Positions 1 to 14,239 of a DNA stretch of 64,000 nucleotides are shown one piece after another. Every line of letters begins with the position of its first letter. Position 1 is the first letter of the stretch. The stretch lies in assembly GCF_009914755.1 (NCBI RefSeq), contig NC_060936.1; one strand, 5' to 3'. The translations under genes were made by a program, and so were the position numbers. The notes under the pieces are model-generated. The model was not told the origin of the DNA, made no database searches, and worked only from the letters and a program-made list of their open reading frames with translations. Source of the stretch: the human T2T-CHM13v2.0 reference genome, Homo sapiens.

Positions 1-3000
1 ATTTCCAAACTGCATTGCCTTACATAGTAAGAGACCACCTTGAGCACCCTCTGCCCCTGCAATGTAAGGTGCTATGGCTCAGTGCCATCTCCAAACTGAA
101 CCTACATAGAGAGTGTGTCTTGCTTTGAGCATCAGTAGCACCTGGCTCTCTATCACTTGAGGCCCCACCATCATTCCAACACATTCATACAGGTATCTGC
201 AGCACCATGACCCTAGCTTCCCAGAGCCTAGCCAGATAAACTAATCAAGACCCCGGCATCCGAACCCATGTGGTGCACCACCAATCCAGGGAAGAAGTGA
301 ACAGCAGGGAAGCCTCCCATCTGCCTACTAGCCACGACACCCACATGCACCCACACCTCACAACCAGCTAGTCTGCTGAGCCTGTGCATGCTGGTGCCCA
401 GCCTGAAAACTGGTCCTGTGGTGGGCCCACCCCCAGGACTACAGCCTGCTTGGGCCACAACAACTCTGAGTTTGTGCATGGTCTAATAATTGGTCCTGCA
501 GTGACCCTGCCTCCTCAGATGGGACTCTGCAGAGATGGATGGCCCTGCTACACCTGTGAGCACTGACAGCAACCCGCCCACCCAGCAGGAAGACCGCAGT
601 GCATGTAAGTGCACACACCTTGAGAAAAGGCTCTTCCCACTGCTGCTGGTGGCACAGTTGCTGCTGTCACCACCGGGGGCTGCAGCAGTGAAATGCCAGT
701 TGGACCCAGCAAAGTGGCAGGATCCTCAGCATTCTAGCATATGCAGTGTTCTGCACCTCAGGCACTGGAAAGGCTGTGAACCAGACATAGGGAGCCAAAG
801 CACATGCTTTCCAGAACCAGAGAGCTGCCTCCCTGTGGCTGCTGACACAGACAGCAATGTCACCCCCGCAACACAGCAGCAGAGATGCTGCACACTTGCA
901 TGCAACCTGGGGACAGGCCCTCTCCATCTGCTGCTGAGTCTGCTGATGCAGCTGGGGGCCAGAGCATGTGCCACTGGCAGTGACCTGACTTCCACCAGCA
1001 GCAGAGCCACTGTGAACTTGCACGTACCCTGAGGACTGGCTTATGCTGCTGCCAGAAGCCAAAGTGTGCTCCACATTGCCAGAGAGCTGCCTGCTAGTGG
1101 CTGCTGCCACTGACAATAACCACACCCTGCCCTAGCAGCACAGCTGCAGCAAATTTGCATGTGCCTCGAGGACAGGCTTTCTTCAGGTATTGCTCCTGCT
1201 ATTGGGAGATCCAAGGATTACCCCATCCAACTTACCACAGCCAACATCCATGTACATAACTAGGGGGACTGAGGACAGGCCTGCCAAGCCTGGTTCCATC
1301 ATCCCAGTGCCCAGGCACACTACCCAGGGGTGTGGCAATCATCCTGCTTTGTCCACCACCACTGGCATTTGCACATTCCTTTAGGAGGACTGAGAATGGG
1401 CCCAACCAGCCTGACAGTAGCACTGTAGCCAGAAACAATATGCATGCAACATCTGAAGGTCTGGAGACTGGCCCCCAGCCCATCACAACCACCTCTAACA
1501 CCAGAGCTTGCAACTTGAGAATCTGAGGGTTGTCCAACCAAGCTACAGAAATTGCCCATGGCAAGCACATTCCCAGAGGCCTAAAGGCCCACCCACCCTT
1601 TCAGCCTACCATTGCAACTGCTAGTACCCAGGTAAGCTACTTAAAGCCCCCAGAATTGTTCTGCTTAAAGCTGCTAAAACTGGTACAAACATATGTTGCC
1701 TAGGTGCCAAATATAGGCACTCTCAGCCCACTGTTACCCCTACTGGGGCCCAAGAACTGGCCCACCTAAAATCTCTGTCCCCAGGAAAACCTCACTACAG
1801 CCTCCAATCACAACTACAGCCTAAGCCACTGAGGAAGTCACAGACACCACTTATGCTGTTAATAGCTGAAGGAATAATATAAGACCACCTTACTGTACAC
1901 ACACAGAATCAAAGCCAAAGTGTCCTACTGAATCAACACCACAGATACATCTTCAGAAAGAAAAGTTAATGTTTTGGATCTATGTCACTGCCCAAATCTC
2001 ATGTTGAATTATAATCTCCAATGTTGGGGGAGGGGCTTCATTGGAGGTAATTGGATCATGGGGGTGGATCCTTCATGAATGGTTTAGCACCATCCCCTGC
2101 GTACTATTCTTATGACGATGAGTGAGTTCTCATGAGATTTGCTTGTTTAAAAGTGTGTGTCACCTCCCCCCCACCCAGTCCTTCTCCTGCTATGTAAGAT
2201 GCCTGCTCCTGCTTTGCCATTTGCCATGAGCAAAAGCTCCCTGAGGCCTCCCCAGAAGCAGATGTCACTATGCTTCCTGTACAACCTATGAAACTGTGAG
2301 CCAATTAAACCTCTTTTCTTCATAAATTACCCACTCTCAGGTACTTCTTTATAGCAATGTGAGAATGAACTGATACAGAAAATTGGTACCGAAGAGTAGG
2401 GCATTGCTATAAAGATACTAAAAATGTGGAAGCGATTTTGGAGATGGGTAATGAGCAGAGGTTAGAAGAGTTTGGAGGACTCAGAAGACAGGAAGATAAG
2501 GGAAAATTTGGAACTTCCTAAAAACTTGTAAATTGTGACCAAAATGCTAATACTGATATGGAAAATGAAGTCTGGGCTGAGGAGATCTCAGATAAAAATA
2601 AGGAACTTATTGGGAACAACTGGAGCAGTCACTTTTGTTATGCTTTAGCACAGAGCCTGGGTGCATTGTTCCCCTCCTTTAGGGACTTGTGGAACTTTGA
2701 ACTTGTGAGTGATGATTTAGGGTATCTGGTGGAAGAAATTTCTAAGCAGCAAAGTGTTCAAAATATGACCTGGCTGCTTCTAACAACCTAAGCTCATATG
2801 CCTAAGCAAAGAAATGAGCTAAAACTCAAATTTGTATTTAAAAGGGAAGCAGAGTGTAAAAGTTTGGAAAACTTGCAGCCTGGCCATGTGGTAGAAAAAA
2901 AATTCCCATTTTCTAGAGAAGAATTTACCCTAGCTGCAGAAATTTGCATGAGTAAAGAATAACCAAATGTTAACAGCCAAGACAATGGGAGAAAGACATT

Positions 3001-5150
3001 GAAGGCATTTCAGAGACTTTCGTAGCCACACCCACATCACAGGCCTGGAGTCCTAGGAGGGCAGAATGGTTTCCTGGTCCAGGCGCAGGGCCCCACTGAC
3101 CTGCACAGCCTCCAAACACTGTTTCCTGCATCCCAGCTGCTCCAGCTCCAGCTGTGGCTCAAAGGGGTCCAGCTGCAACTTGGGCTGCTGCTTCAGAGGA
3201 TGCCAGCCATAAGCTTTGGCAGCTTCCATGTGGTGTTAAGTCTGTGAGTGTGCAGAGTGCAAGAGTTGAGGTTTGGGAGCCTCTCTTTTGATTTCAGAGG
3301 ATCTACAGAAAAGCCTAAATGTCCAGGCAGAAGCCTGCTGCAGAGGCAGTGCCCTCACAGAGAACCTCTACTAGGGCAGTGCAAAGGGAAAATGTGGAGT
3401 TGGAACCCCTACACAGAGTCCCCACTGGGGCACTGCCTAGTGGAGCTGTGAGAAGAGAGCTGTCATCATGCAGACCCCAGAATGACAGATCCTCTGGCAG
3501 CTTGCACCATGCACCTGGAAAAGCTGCAGGCACTCAATGTCAGCCCTTGAGAGAAGCTGTGGGAAATGAACCCTGCAAAGCTACAGGGGTGGAACTGAAA
3601 AGGCCTTGGGAACCCACCCCTTCCATCAGTATGCCTGGTTGTGAAACATAGAAAGTCAAATGAGGTTATTTTGCAGCTTTAAGATTTAATGACTTCCCTG
3701 CTGGTTTCAGATTTGCATGGGGTCTGTAGCCCCTTTCTTTTTACAGCTTTCTCTTTTTTGGAACAGGAGTGTTTACCCAATGCTTGTACTCCCCTTGTAT
3801 CTTGGAAGTAACTGTTTTTTGAATTTACAGGCTCATAGGTGAAAGAGACTAGCCTTGTCTGAGATCAGCCTTTGGACTTTCGACTTTTGAGCTAATGCTG
3901 AAATGATTTAAGACTTTGGGGGACTCTTGGGAAGGCATGATTGTATTTTGAAATGTGAGAAGGACATGAGATTTGGGAGTAGTGATGGGCTGAATGACAT
4001 GGTTTGGATCTGTGTCCCCACCCAAATCTCATGTTGAATTGTAATCCCCAGTGTTGGGGAAGACTGGCATGTTGGGAGGTGACTGGATCATGAGGGCAGA
4101 TTCTTCATAACTGGTTTAGTACTATTCTCTCACTGCTGTTCTCATGATGGTGAGTAAGTTCTCATGAGATCTTGTTGTTTAAAAGTGTGTTGCATCTCGC
4201 CCCCACTTGGTCCTGATCCTGCCATGTAAGACTCCTGCTCCAGCTTTGCCTTTTGCCACAAGTAAAAGCTCCTTAAGGTTTCCCCAGAAGCATATGCTTC
4301 TATGCTTCCTGTACAGCCTGCGGAACCATGAGCCAATTAAACCTTTTTTTGAAAAATAAATTACTCACTCTCAGGTATTTCTTTATAGCAATGTGAGAAT
4401 GGACTGATACAAAAATCTTCCCCTATGAAAGCCAATTTAAAAAACAGAAGAAGCAACTATTTCACCAGATGCGCAGACATCAATGTAAGGACACAGGAAA
4501 CATGAAAAAGCAAGAAAATATGACACCTCCAAATCAACACAATACTCCTCCAGCAGTAGACTCCAATGAAAAAGAAATTTATGTAATGTTGGGGAAAATA
4601 TTTAAAAAATGATACTAATGGAGCTCAGTGAGATAGAAGAGAACACAGGTAAAAAATAGAAAGAAACCAGAAAACCATTTCAGGATATTAAAGAGAAATT
4701 CAACAATGAAATGGATATCATAAAAAAGAATCAAACAGAAACGCTGGAGATAAATAAATCAATAAATGAAAGAAAAATACATCTGAAAGCTTCAAAAATA
4801 GAATAGGTCAATGAGAAGAAAGCATATCAGAACTTGAAAACAAATATTTTAAATAACCCAGTCAGACAAAAAAAGAGGGATAAAATGTGAAAAAGATGAA
4901 CAAATCCTACATGACATATGGGATGCCATAAAGCAACCAAATTTTTGAATTTGGGTTTTTCCCAAAGGCAAAATGAAAGGCAAAAACATAAAAAACCTAT
5001 ATAATGAAATAATAGAAGAAAACCTCTCAAGTCTAGCAAGAGAGTTAAACACCTAGATACAGGAAGCTTAGATAGATACAACCCAAAAATATTTTCTTCA
5101 TGTCACATTATACTCAAACTGTCAAAAGTCAAAGAGAAAAACACTATAGA
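1..5150 (+). mobile_element. Old L1 (L1M-type) 5' UTR and ORF1, interrupted by an MST MaLR provirus
   Basis: GC-rich subrepeated 5' UTR; ORF1 start region (aaacatgaaaaagcaagaaaatatgacacc) resumes after 4411; colinear with the uninterrupted L1 at ~15.9-16.2 kb. Confidence 0.7.
1966..4411 (+). mobile_element. Full-length MST-type MaLR element: LTR 1966-2377, internal 2378-3994, LTR 3995-4411
   Basis: Two similar LTRs (…tttggatct.tgtc…cccaaatctcatgttgaatt … ctgataca); typical MaLR internal region; 4/5 TSD aaaag/aaaat. Confidence 0.88.
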
Positions 5151-7850
5151 AGTGGCAGAGCAATATGGTGGAATAGAAGGCTCCACCAATCATCCCACCC
5201 ACAGGAACACCAAATTTAACAACTGCCTACATAATCAAAGCACTTCCATAAGAACCAAAAATCAGGTGATCACTCAAAGTACCTGCTTTTAACTTCATAT
5301 TACTGAAAGAGGTACTGAAGAGGGTAGGAAAGACAGTCTTGAATTGCCATCGCCACCCTTGTCTTAACCCAGCAGCAACTACATAGAATGGAGAATCTGT
5401 AGACTTGGGGAGGGAAAGTGTGGTGATTTTGAAACTTCGCATTGAAATCAGTGCTGCCTTGTGACAATGGAAGGCAAAACCGGGGTGAACTCAGCTGATG
5501 TCCACCCACAGAGGGAGCATATAGACCAGCCCTAGCCAGAAGAGAACTGTACATTCCAGCAGCCAGAACTTGAGTTCTGGCAAGCCTTGTCACTGTAGGC
5601 TAAAGTAGTCTGGGTCTCTAAATAAATTTGAAAGGCAGTCTAGGCCACAAGGACTACAAATCCTAGGTGAGTCCTAGTGCTCAGCTGGGCTCAGGGCAAG
5701 TAGACTGGTGGGGGCGGTGGGTACATGACCTACTGAAACATCAGCTGGGGTGGCTAAAGCAGTACTTGGGCCATCCCTCCCTCAACCCCCAGCTACACAG
5801 CTTATGGCTCCAAAAGAGACCACTTCCTTCCACATGAGGAGAGGAGAAGGAAGAGTGAGGAGGACTTTGTCTGGCATCTTGGATACCAGCTTAGCCTCAG
5901 TAGGATAGAGCTCTGGTCAGAGTCATGAAGCCCTGATTTCAGACTCTAGCTCCCAGATGACATTTCTAGACACACACTGGGCTGGAAGGAAACCTACTGC
6001 ATTGAAAGGAAGAGCCAAGTAATGAAAGAACCAATCACCTGCTGATTAAAGAGCACTTGGGCCTTGAATAACAAGCGGTGATATCCAGGTAGTATGCTGT
6101 GGGCCTTGAGTGAGACTCTGAGATGTGCTGGTTTCCAGTGAGACCCAACACATTCCTAGCTGTGGTGGGTATGGTCAGAGATTCCTCCTGCCTGAGAAAA
6201 GCAGAGAGAAAAAGTAAAGGGGACTTTGTCTTGAACCTTAGGTACCAGGTCAGCCACAGAGAAGTATAACACCAAGTGGGCTCTTGAGGTCCCCAATTCC
6301 AGGCCCTGGCTCTTGGACAGCATTTATGGACCTGCTCTGGTCCAGACGGGGAGCCCACCACTATAAAAGGTGAGTCCTAGATCTGGCAGCATTATTCACC
6401 ACAGGCTGAATGAAGAGCCCTTGGTCCTTAAGTGAGCATCAGTGGTAGCCTGAGAATATTCCCATAGGCTTGTGGTGATGGTGGCCAGGGGGCAAGGTGC
6501 CTGCATATGAAAAGGGAAGATTAGAATGGGAAGAATTGCATCTACTGGTTTGAGTGCCAGCTTAACAGCAGTACAATAGAACACAAGGTAAATTTCCAAA
6601 GTTTTGGACTCTGGTCCGTGGCTCCTGGACAGCATTTTTGGACCTGCCTGGAGCTAAGGGATCTTGCTGCTATGAAGAGAAGCACATAAGCCTATCCGTA
6701 AGCCCCAAAGCAGTACTAAGAAGGAAGATTATTGCTATATGTGCCTACATCAAAAAATAAAAAAACTTCACATAAACAATCTAATGATGCATCTTAAAGA
6801 ACTAGAAAAGCAAGAGCAAACCAAACCCGAAATTAGTAGAAAAAAGAAATAAAGACTAGAGCATAAATAAATGAAATTAAAATTAAAAAATACAACAGAA
6901 GAATGAAACAAAAAGTTTGTTTTTTGAGAAGATGAACAAAATTGACAAACCTTTTGACAGACTAACCAGGAAAACAAGAGAGAAAACCCAAATAAATAAA
7001 ATTAGAGATGAAAAAGGAGATATTACAACCTACACCACAGAAATTCAGGGGATTATTAGAGACTACTGTGAGCAACTATATGCTAATAAATTGAAGAAAC
7101 TGATAAATTCCTAGACAAATGTAACCTGCCAAGATTGAACTATACAGAAATCCAAAAACCTGAATAGACCAATAACAAGTGATGAGATCAAAGCCATAAT
7201 AAAAACTGTCCTAGCAAACAAAAGACCAGGACCTGATGACTTCAATGCTAAATTTTACCAAATATCTAAAGAAGAACTAATACTGATCCTTCTCAAACTA
7301 TTCTGAAAAATAGAAAGGGAAGGAATACTTTCAAACTCATTTGGTGAGGTGAATATTACCCTAATATGAAAACTAGACAAAGACACATTAAAAAAAATAC
7401 AGGCCAATATTTTGGATGAACATTGATACAAAAATTCTCAACAAAATGCTAGCAAACAGAATGCAACAGCCCATTAAAAATACAATTCATCATTACTATG
7501 TGGCATTTATCCCATGGATGCAAGAATAATTCAACATGTGCAAACCAATGAATGTTGATAAATCATATAAACAGAAGGAAGGACAAAACTAATATGCATT
7601 GCAATAGATAATGAAAATCATTTGATAAAATTCAACATTCCATCATGATAAAAATCATCAAAAACTGGGCATAGAAGGAAAATGCATCAACATTATTAAA
7701 ACCATATATGACAGACCCACACCTAATATCATACTGAATGGGGAAAAACTGAAAGCTTTCCTCTAAGATCTGGAACATGACAAGGATGCTCACTGTCTTC
7801 ATTGTTATTCAGTATAGTACTGGAAGTTCTAACTACAGCAATCAGATGAA

Positions 7851-7945
7851 AGAAAAGAGAACGGAAGGGAAGGGAAGGGAAGGGAAGGGGAGGGAAGGGG
7901 AGGGAAGGGGAGGGGAGGGCAGGGGAGGGGAGGGGAGGGGAGGGA
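7851..7945 (+). repeat. (GAAGG/GAGGG)n purine-rich simple repeat
   Basis: Direct inspection. Confidence 0.9.
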
Positions 7946-8582
7946 AAAGAAAAGAGAGCATCCAAAATGGAAAGGAAGGAGTCAAATTATCTTTGTTTGC
8001 AGATGATGAAACTTTATGTTTGGAAAAAAATAAAGACTCCACAAAAATGTATTAGAACTGATAGAAACATTCAGTAAAATTTCAGGATACAAAATCAACA
8101 TACAAAATTCAGTAACATTTTTATATGCCCACAGGGAACAGTCTGAAAAAAATCAAGAAAGTATTCTTATTTACAATAGCTACAAGTAAGATAAAATACC
8201 TATGAATTAACCAAAGAAGTGAAAGATGAAAAGTATAAAAGTATAAAACATTGGTGCAAGAAATTGAAGATAACACACTAAAATGGAAAGACATTCTATG
8301 TTCACGGATTGGAAGAATCAGTTTTGTTAAAATGTCCATACTACCCAAAGCACTCTGCAGATTCAATGCAATCCCTATCAAAGTATCAACGACATTCTTC
8401 ACAGAAACAGAAAATACAATTCTAAAATTCATATGGTACCACAAAAGACTCAGAATAGCCAAAGCTGTCCTAAGCAAAAAGAACAAATTTGGAGGAATCA
8501 CATTACCTGACTTTAAATTGTCTTAAATACTACAGAACTATGGTAACCAAAATGGCATGACACTGGCATAGAAACAGACATT

Positions 8583-8933
8583 TTTGGACTGTGAGCCTGG
8601 CCTCTATGAACCATCGTTTCAGCTCCTGATTGGTCCAGAGCCAAGGCCCTGGGCCAAGCTGAGTCACAAGTTCTCCAAGACAGCCCATGGACTAAGTGCA
8701 TTCCTTCCCCTTCCCAGTCCATAAACACCCTGGACCCCAGCCTCATAGAGGGCAATCCATTTGGGTCCCTCTTTCCGCTGGCAGAGAGCTTTCTTCTTTT
8801 GTTTGTTAAACTTATGCTTTAACCTCACATTGTGTCTGTGCTTCTCAATCATCTTGGACGTAGGACAAAGAACTCCAGATATTATCTCAGACAATAAGAG
8901 ACTGCTATCTGGGTCCGTTGGCAAAACTACAAC
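8583..8933 (+). mobile_element. ERV1-class LTR fragment inserted in L1 ORF2
   Basis: Abrupt GC-richer insert with LTR-like U3/R/U5 features between two L1 ORF2 pieces; subfamily not determined. Confidence 0.6.
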
Positions 8934-11900
8934 ATTACAACAAGAAAACTTTGGGGAAACTCTCCAGAACACCATAGTGGGCAAAGATTTCTTGAGTAAT
9001 ACCTCACAAGCACTGGCAACTAAAGCAAAATTAAAATTTTAATTTTAAAATTAAAATTAAAAAAAAACTTCAAAGATAAAAATTCTTAAAAAGAGAAAAG
9101 CATCCAGTCATATGTAAGGGAACTATCACCAGATCAAAAGAGAATTTATCAACAGAAAGTTTATAGGCTAGGAGAGAATAGTATGGAATATTCAAAGTTC
9201 TGGAAGAAACACTTTCAGTCATACATACTATACTCAGAAATGTTATCCTTCATAAATAAAGAGGAAATAAAATCTTTCACAGATAAGCAAAAGCTTTAGA
9301 CTAACCTTACAACAAGTGCTCAAGGGAGTTCTACATCTGGAAGCAAACAGATGATAATCACTATTTTGAAAATACATAAATACTCACTGTTAGAGAAGAC
9401 ACACAAAGAATAAAGAGAATCAAGCCTTATTATTTCAGAAAACTAAAAGAAATGATAAACAATAAGAGAGGAAGAAAGGAAGAAAGGGACATATAAAACA
9501 ACCAGGAAACAATGAGCAATATAGAAAAACCAAAACCTCACATGTGAATAATAACCCTGAGGTAAACAAATTAAATTCCCCATTTAAAAGATATATAAGT
9601 CATATAAAAGGGAACCTCCATTAGATTAACAACGAATTTGTCAGAAGAAACCTTACAGGCCAGGAGAGAATGAGATGACATATTCAAAGTATTGAAACAA
9701 AAAAAATCTTATCAGCCAAGAATACTATTTCCAGCAAAGCTATTCTTCAAAAATGAAGTAGAAATAATGGCGTTCCTAAACAAGAAAAACTGGAAATTCA
9801 TCACTACTACACTGGTCCTACAAGAAATCCTGAAGGAAATTCTATACTTTAAAGCAAAGAGACAATATGGTCCATCACAAAAACACACACAAGTATAAAA
9901 CTCACTGGTAAACCAAATACACAAATGAAAAAGAGAAAGGATTCAAATTTTACCACTACATAAAATCAACAAATGATAATTATAAACAATAAAAAATATA
10001 GAAAGGTAAAAGGACATATGAAATAACCAGAAAACAATTAATAAAATGACAAGAATAAATCCTCTGGTAGTAATAAGCTTGATGGTAAATGAACTAAAAT
10101 TTTCAGTTTAAAGATATAGACTGGCTTAATGGATTTTAAAAAGCGTGACACAAGTATATGCTGCCAATAATAAAGTAAATTTCTCTGTAAAGACACATGG
10201 ACTTAAAGTGAAGGGATGAAAAATGATATTCTATGCAAATAGAAACAAAAAGTGAGAAGTACTATACTTGTATCAGATAAAACAGATTTTAATTTTTAAT
10301 TTGCAAACAGCAAAAAGACACAAAAAAGGTCATCATGTAAGATAAAGGGATCAATTCAGCAAGAGGGATAATACAATTCTAAATATTCAAACAACACTGG
10401 AGCACCCAGATATATAAGGCAAATATTATTAGACATAAAGGGGGAGATAGATTCCAACAGAATAATAGTGAGGGACTTCAATGCCCCATTCTCAGCCTTA
10501 GACACATAATCCAGAGTGAAAATTAAGAAATAAACATTGGATTTTAACTGCACTTTAGACATGTCTCAAAAAAAAGTATACGAATGTCCAGTAGGTATAT
10601 AAAAAATGCTCAACATCACTCATCATCAGGGAAATGCAAATTAAAAACACAATATCATCCTTCTCCAGTTAGAATGGGTATTATTAAAAAGCAAAAAAAA
10701 AAACAGATGCTGGTGAGGATTCAAGGAAAAACTCTTACATACCGTTGGTGGGAATGTAAATTAGTACAGTCACTATGGAAACAATATGGAGATTTCTCAA
10801 AATAACTAAAAATGGAATGACCATATGATCCAGCAATTTCGCTTCTGGCTATTTATCCAAAGAAACAGAAATGAGGACATCAAAGGGATACCTATATTCA
10901 AATGTTGACTGCAGCACTATTCACCATAGCAAAGATATGGAATCAACCTAAGTGTCCGTCAGTGGACAAATGGATTAAAAAAAAACAGTGGTATATATAC
11001 ACAATGTAATACTATTCAGCCATAAAAAAAGAATAAAATCATGTAATTTGTAGCAACATGGATGGAACTGGAGGGCATTATGTTAAGGGAAATAAGCCAG
11101 GCACAGAAAAACAAACAGTGCATGTTCTCACTTATGTTCATCACACAGAGGTAGAGAATAGAATAATGGCTACAAGAGATGGACCAGTGTTTGTGAGGCA
11201 GGAGGACAAGTATGAAGAGAGGTTCATTAATGGGTTCAAACATACAGTTAGAAGGAATAAATTCAAATATTTGATAACAGATTAGGGTGACTATGTTTAA
11301 CAATATTTCAAAATAGCTAGAAGAAAGGACTTGAACAGTTCCCCAAACATAGAAATGATAAATACTCAAGATGACAGATACCCTAACTTGATCATTATAC
11401 ATTCTATATGCTTATAACAAAATATCATGTGTCCCATAAATATGTACAAACATTATGTATCAATTTTTAAAAATCAGGATTGATAGCTTTACTGCTGAAT
11501 TCTACCAGACATTTAAAGAGGAATTGATACTAATTATCCTGAAACAATTCCAGATATTGCAGAGGAAGTAATACTTCCAAACGCATTTTACAAAGCCAGC
11601 ATTACCCTGATTCCAAAACCAAAGATACAACAAATAAAAAAGCCACAAGCCAACATCCCTGATGAATATCAATGCAAAAATTCAACAAGATTTTAGCAAA
11701 GTGAACGCAGCAGCACATGAAAACGATCATTCACTATGATCAAGTGGGTTTTATTCAACATATACAAATCAATAAATGTGATGCACCCTATTAACAAAAT
11801 GAAGGACAAAGGCCATATGATCATCTCTATAGACACAGAGAAAGTATTTTATAAAATTCAATATCCCTGCATAAGAAAAGCTCACAAGAAATTAGACACA

Positions 11901-14239
11901 CAAGATATGTACCTCAACACAAAAAGGCCATATATGACAAACCCACAGGTAACATCATGCAGAATAAGGAAAGGTGAAAGATTTCCTCTAAGATTAGGAT
12001 AAAGATAAGGATGTTCACTTTCATCACTCCTATTCAACATAGTATTAAAAGTATTAGCTAGATATACTAGGCAAGAGATAGAAATTAAAAAAATTGAAAT
12101 TGAATAGAAGGAAGTCAATTGTTCATCTTTTTGGATGACATGATCTTATTTATAGAAAACTCTAAAGACTTCAACAAAAAAACTGTTAGAATAAATCTGG
12201 TAAAGTTGCAGAATAGAAAATCAATGTACAAAAATTAGTAGCATTTCTGTATGCTAATGGTGAACTATATGAAAAATAATTCAGAAAACAATTTCATTTA
12301 CAATAACCAAAAAAGAATAAAATACTTAGGAATAAACTTAACCAAGGAGATAAAAGATCTCTAATACTGCAAACTATGAAACATTGATAAAAGAAATTGA
12401 AAAAGATGCAAATAAATGAAAAGATACTCTATGTTTATGGATTGGAACAATTAATATTGTGGAAGTGGCCATACTAATCAAAATGATCTTCAGATTTAAT
12501 GCAATCCCAAACAAAATACCAATCAGCATACTTCACAGAAATAAAAAAAGCACACACATATTTTCCGTCTTTGAGTAATGTATGCTCTGAAAGGGGAAAA
12601 AGGCATTGAGATACAAAAGCACATTATAAGATAGAAAGCTCTATGTGCCATTTCCTGTCATTTACCTTGATATTAGATCCAGGAAACTCTCTCTATTTTT
12701 AGGCCAAATTATTAGCAAACTTAATTGCCCTTCGCCATGTAATTTAACATAAAACACAGGTTCTGGGAATTAAGATGTAAACATCTTTGTGAGGCCTATA
12801 TTTTCCTCCTGCAGAGAGAACAGGTAATCTTACATCTCTCAAATTTGTTTCAGTTGTGTATGGAGACAGCTATCCCTGATTTGGTAATGTTTAAACTAGA
12901 CTTTTGCAAAAGGATATGTATGAGTTTATATAAAATTTGATAGTATTGCATGTATTTATACTGTGCAATATGTATATGCAATAGTTTAAGTGACAAAACT
13001 AAGTGGTACAAATTTACCTTGAGGTTGGCTGCATTTGTAAGTTGGGGCAGTCACTTCTTTGGAGTGTTGTGCAGACTTGGGAATGAGAAGCTGTAGATTT
13101 CATTCTAACTCTGCCACTTACAGCAGGACAACCACTTGCAAAGCCCAGCTTTCTCTATTAAAATAAGACCCTAAATCTTCCCAACACCAATAATGAAGAT
13201 GACATTCTCAGATCAGGAAAATGAAGGGTTCTTCAGAAGGATCATCACTGTGTCAGGGGCAGCAACTGGAGATCTGAACAAAATAGCTACCTGGGCATCC
13301 AATCCCTCTACTGTGAAATGCATGATTCTCCAGACCTTTTCCAACACGCATAGAGCTTTCTGATCGTTTTAGTGCCTACTCTTAAGTATGAATTGAATCA
13401 AAGGTTGACCAGACAATTGAAGAAATTCTCCATCAAATGAGACTCAAAGAATCAGAACAAAGTGTAATTCTGAAGGAAAAGAGGTAAGATAAACAGCAGA
13501 AGAAAAGTTTACAAGACTATAATTAATATATTCTGATATAACCATAAAACATAAAAGGATGCTATCAAATAGAAGATTGACCAGAGAACACAAAAGAATA
13601 TGAGCAATTGTAAATTAAATTGATAAGTTCAATAAAATGTAAAGTTAAGGAAATCCCCTATGAGGTAGGGCAAAAAGGCAAAGATATGGTCCATAATGTG
13701 AAGACAATTAAAAAATTCACCCAACATGAATTTTAGAAAAAGAAAACAGAGTATATACTGGGAAAGACATTATCAATTAAATACTGCCATACATTACCCA
13801 GAACTTATGGATAATTCTCTCCATAATGAAAAAAGCCATTGATTATCTAAAAGACCAGATTTAACATTTTCAGGCCCCAGTGCAGGAAGACAAATGGAGG
13901 CTCACATACTCTATCTCTGAATAACCATACATTATAAAGTAAAATCGACCCTAGGTTCAGGTTAGGTTTCCATCCAAGTCCTGAAGCCTGTCCCTTGGAG
14001 ACTGCCCTTCTAACCTGGCCTAGAGACAGAAGAATCATGTGTTTCCCTGCACCAACACTGACTGATCCTGCAAGCTGAGAGGTGGGAAAATACGGAGTGG
14101 CAGGGCTGTCTGCTGGAGCAGTGGGCAGGAGCTGAGATGAGGCCCAGCACTGACCTGGCCAAGAGACAGAAGAATCATGTGTTTCCCTGCACCAACCCTG
14201 ACTGATCCTGCAAGCTGAGAGGTGGGAAAGTATGGAGAG

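Larger units (their letters stand above)
5151..12550 (+). mobile_element. Mosaic of L1 fragments (5' UTR 5151-6700; ORF2 6710-9030; ORF1/EN 9070-10560; 3' end 10560-11470; ORF2 11470-12550)
   Basis: ORF2-like peptides in the ORF track ([30 protein letters not shown]) and ORF1 C-terminal peptide (YQPRILFPAKLFFKNE). Confidence 0.85.

Noticed and set aside
228-1570. Cluster of overlapping ORFs up to 165 aa
   Set aside because: They lie in a GC-rich L1 5' UTR with no recognisable domain; such ORFs are expected by chance.
9070-10130. Apparent tandem duplication of the L1 ORF1 3' end
   Set aside because: The copies are divergent and better explained by independent nested L1 fragments.
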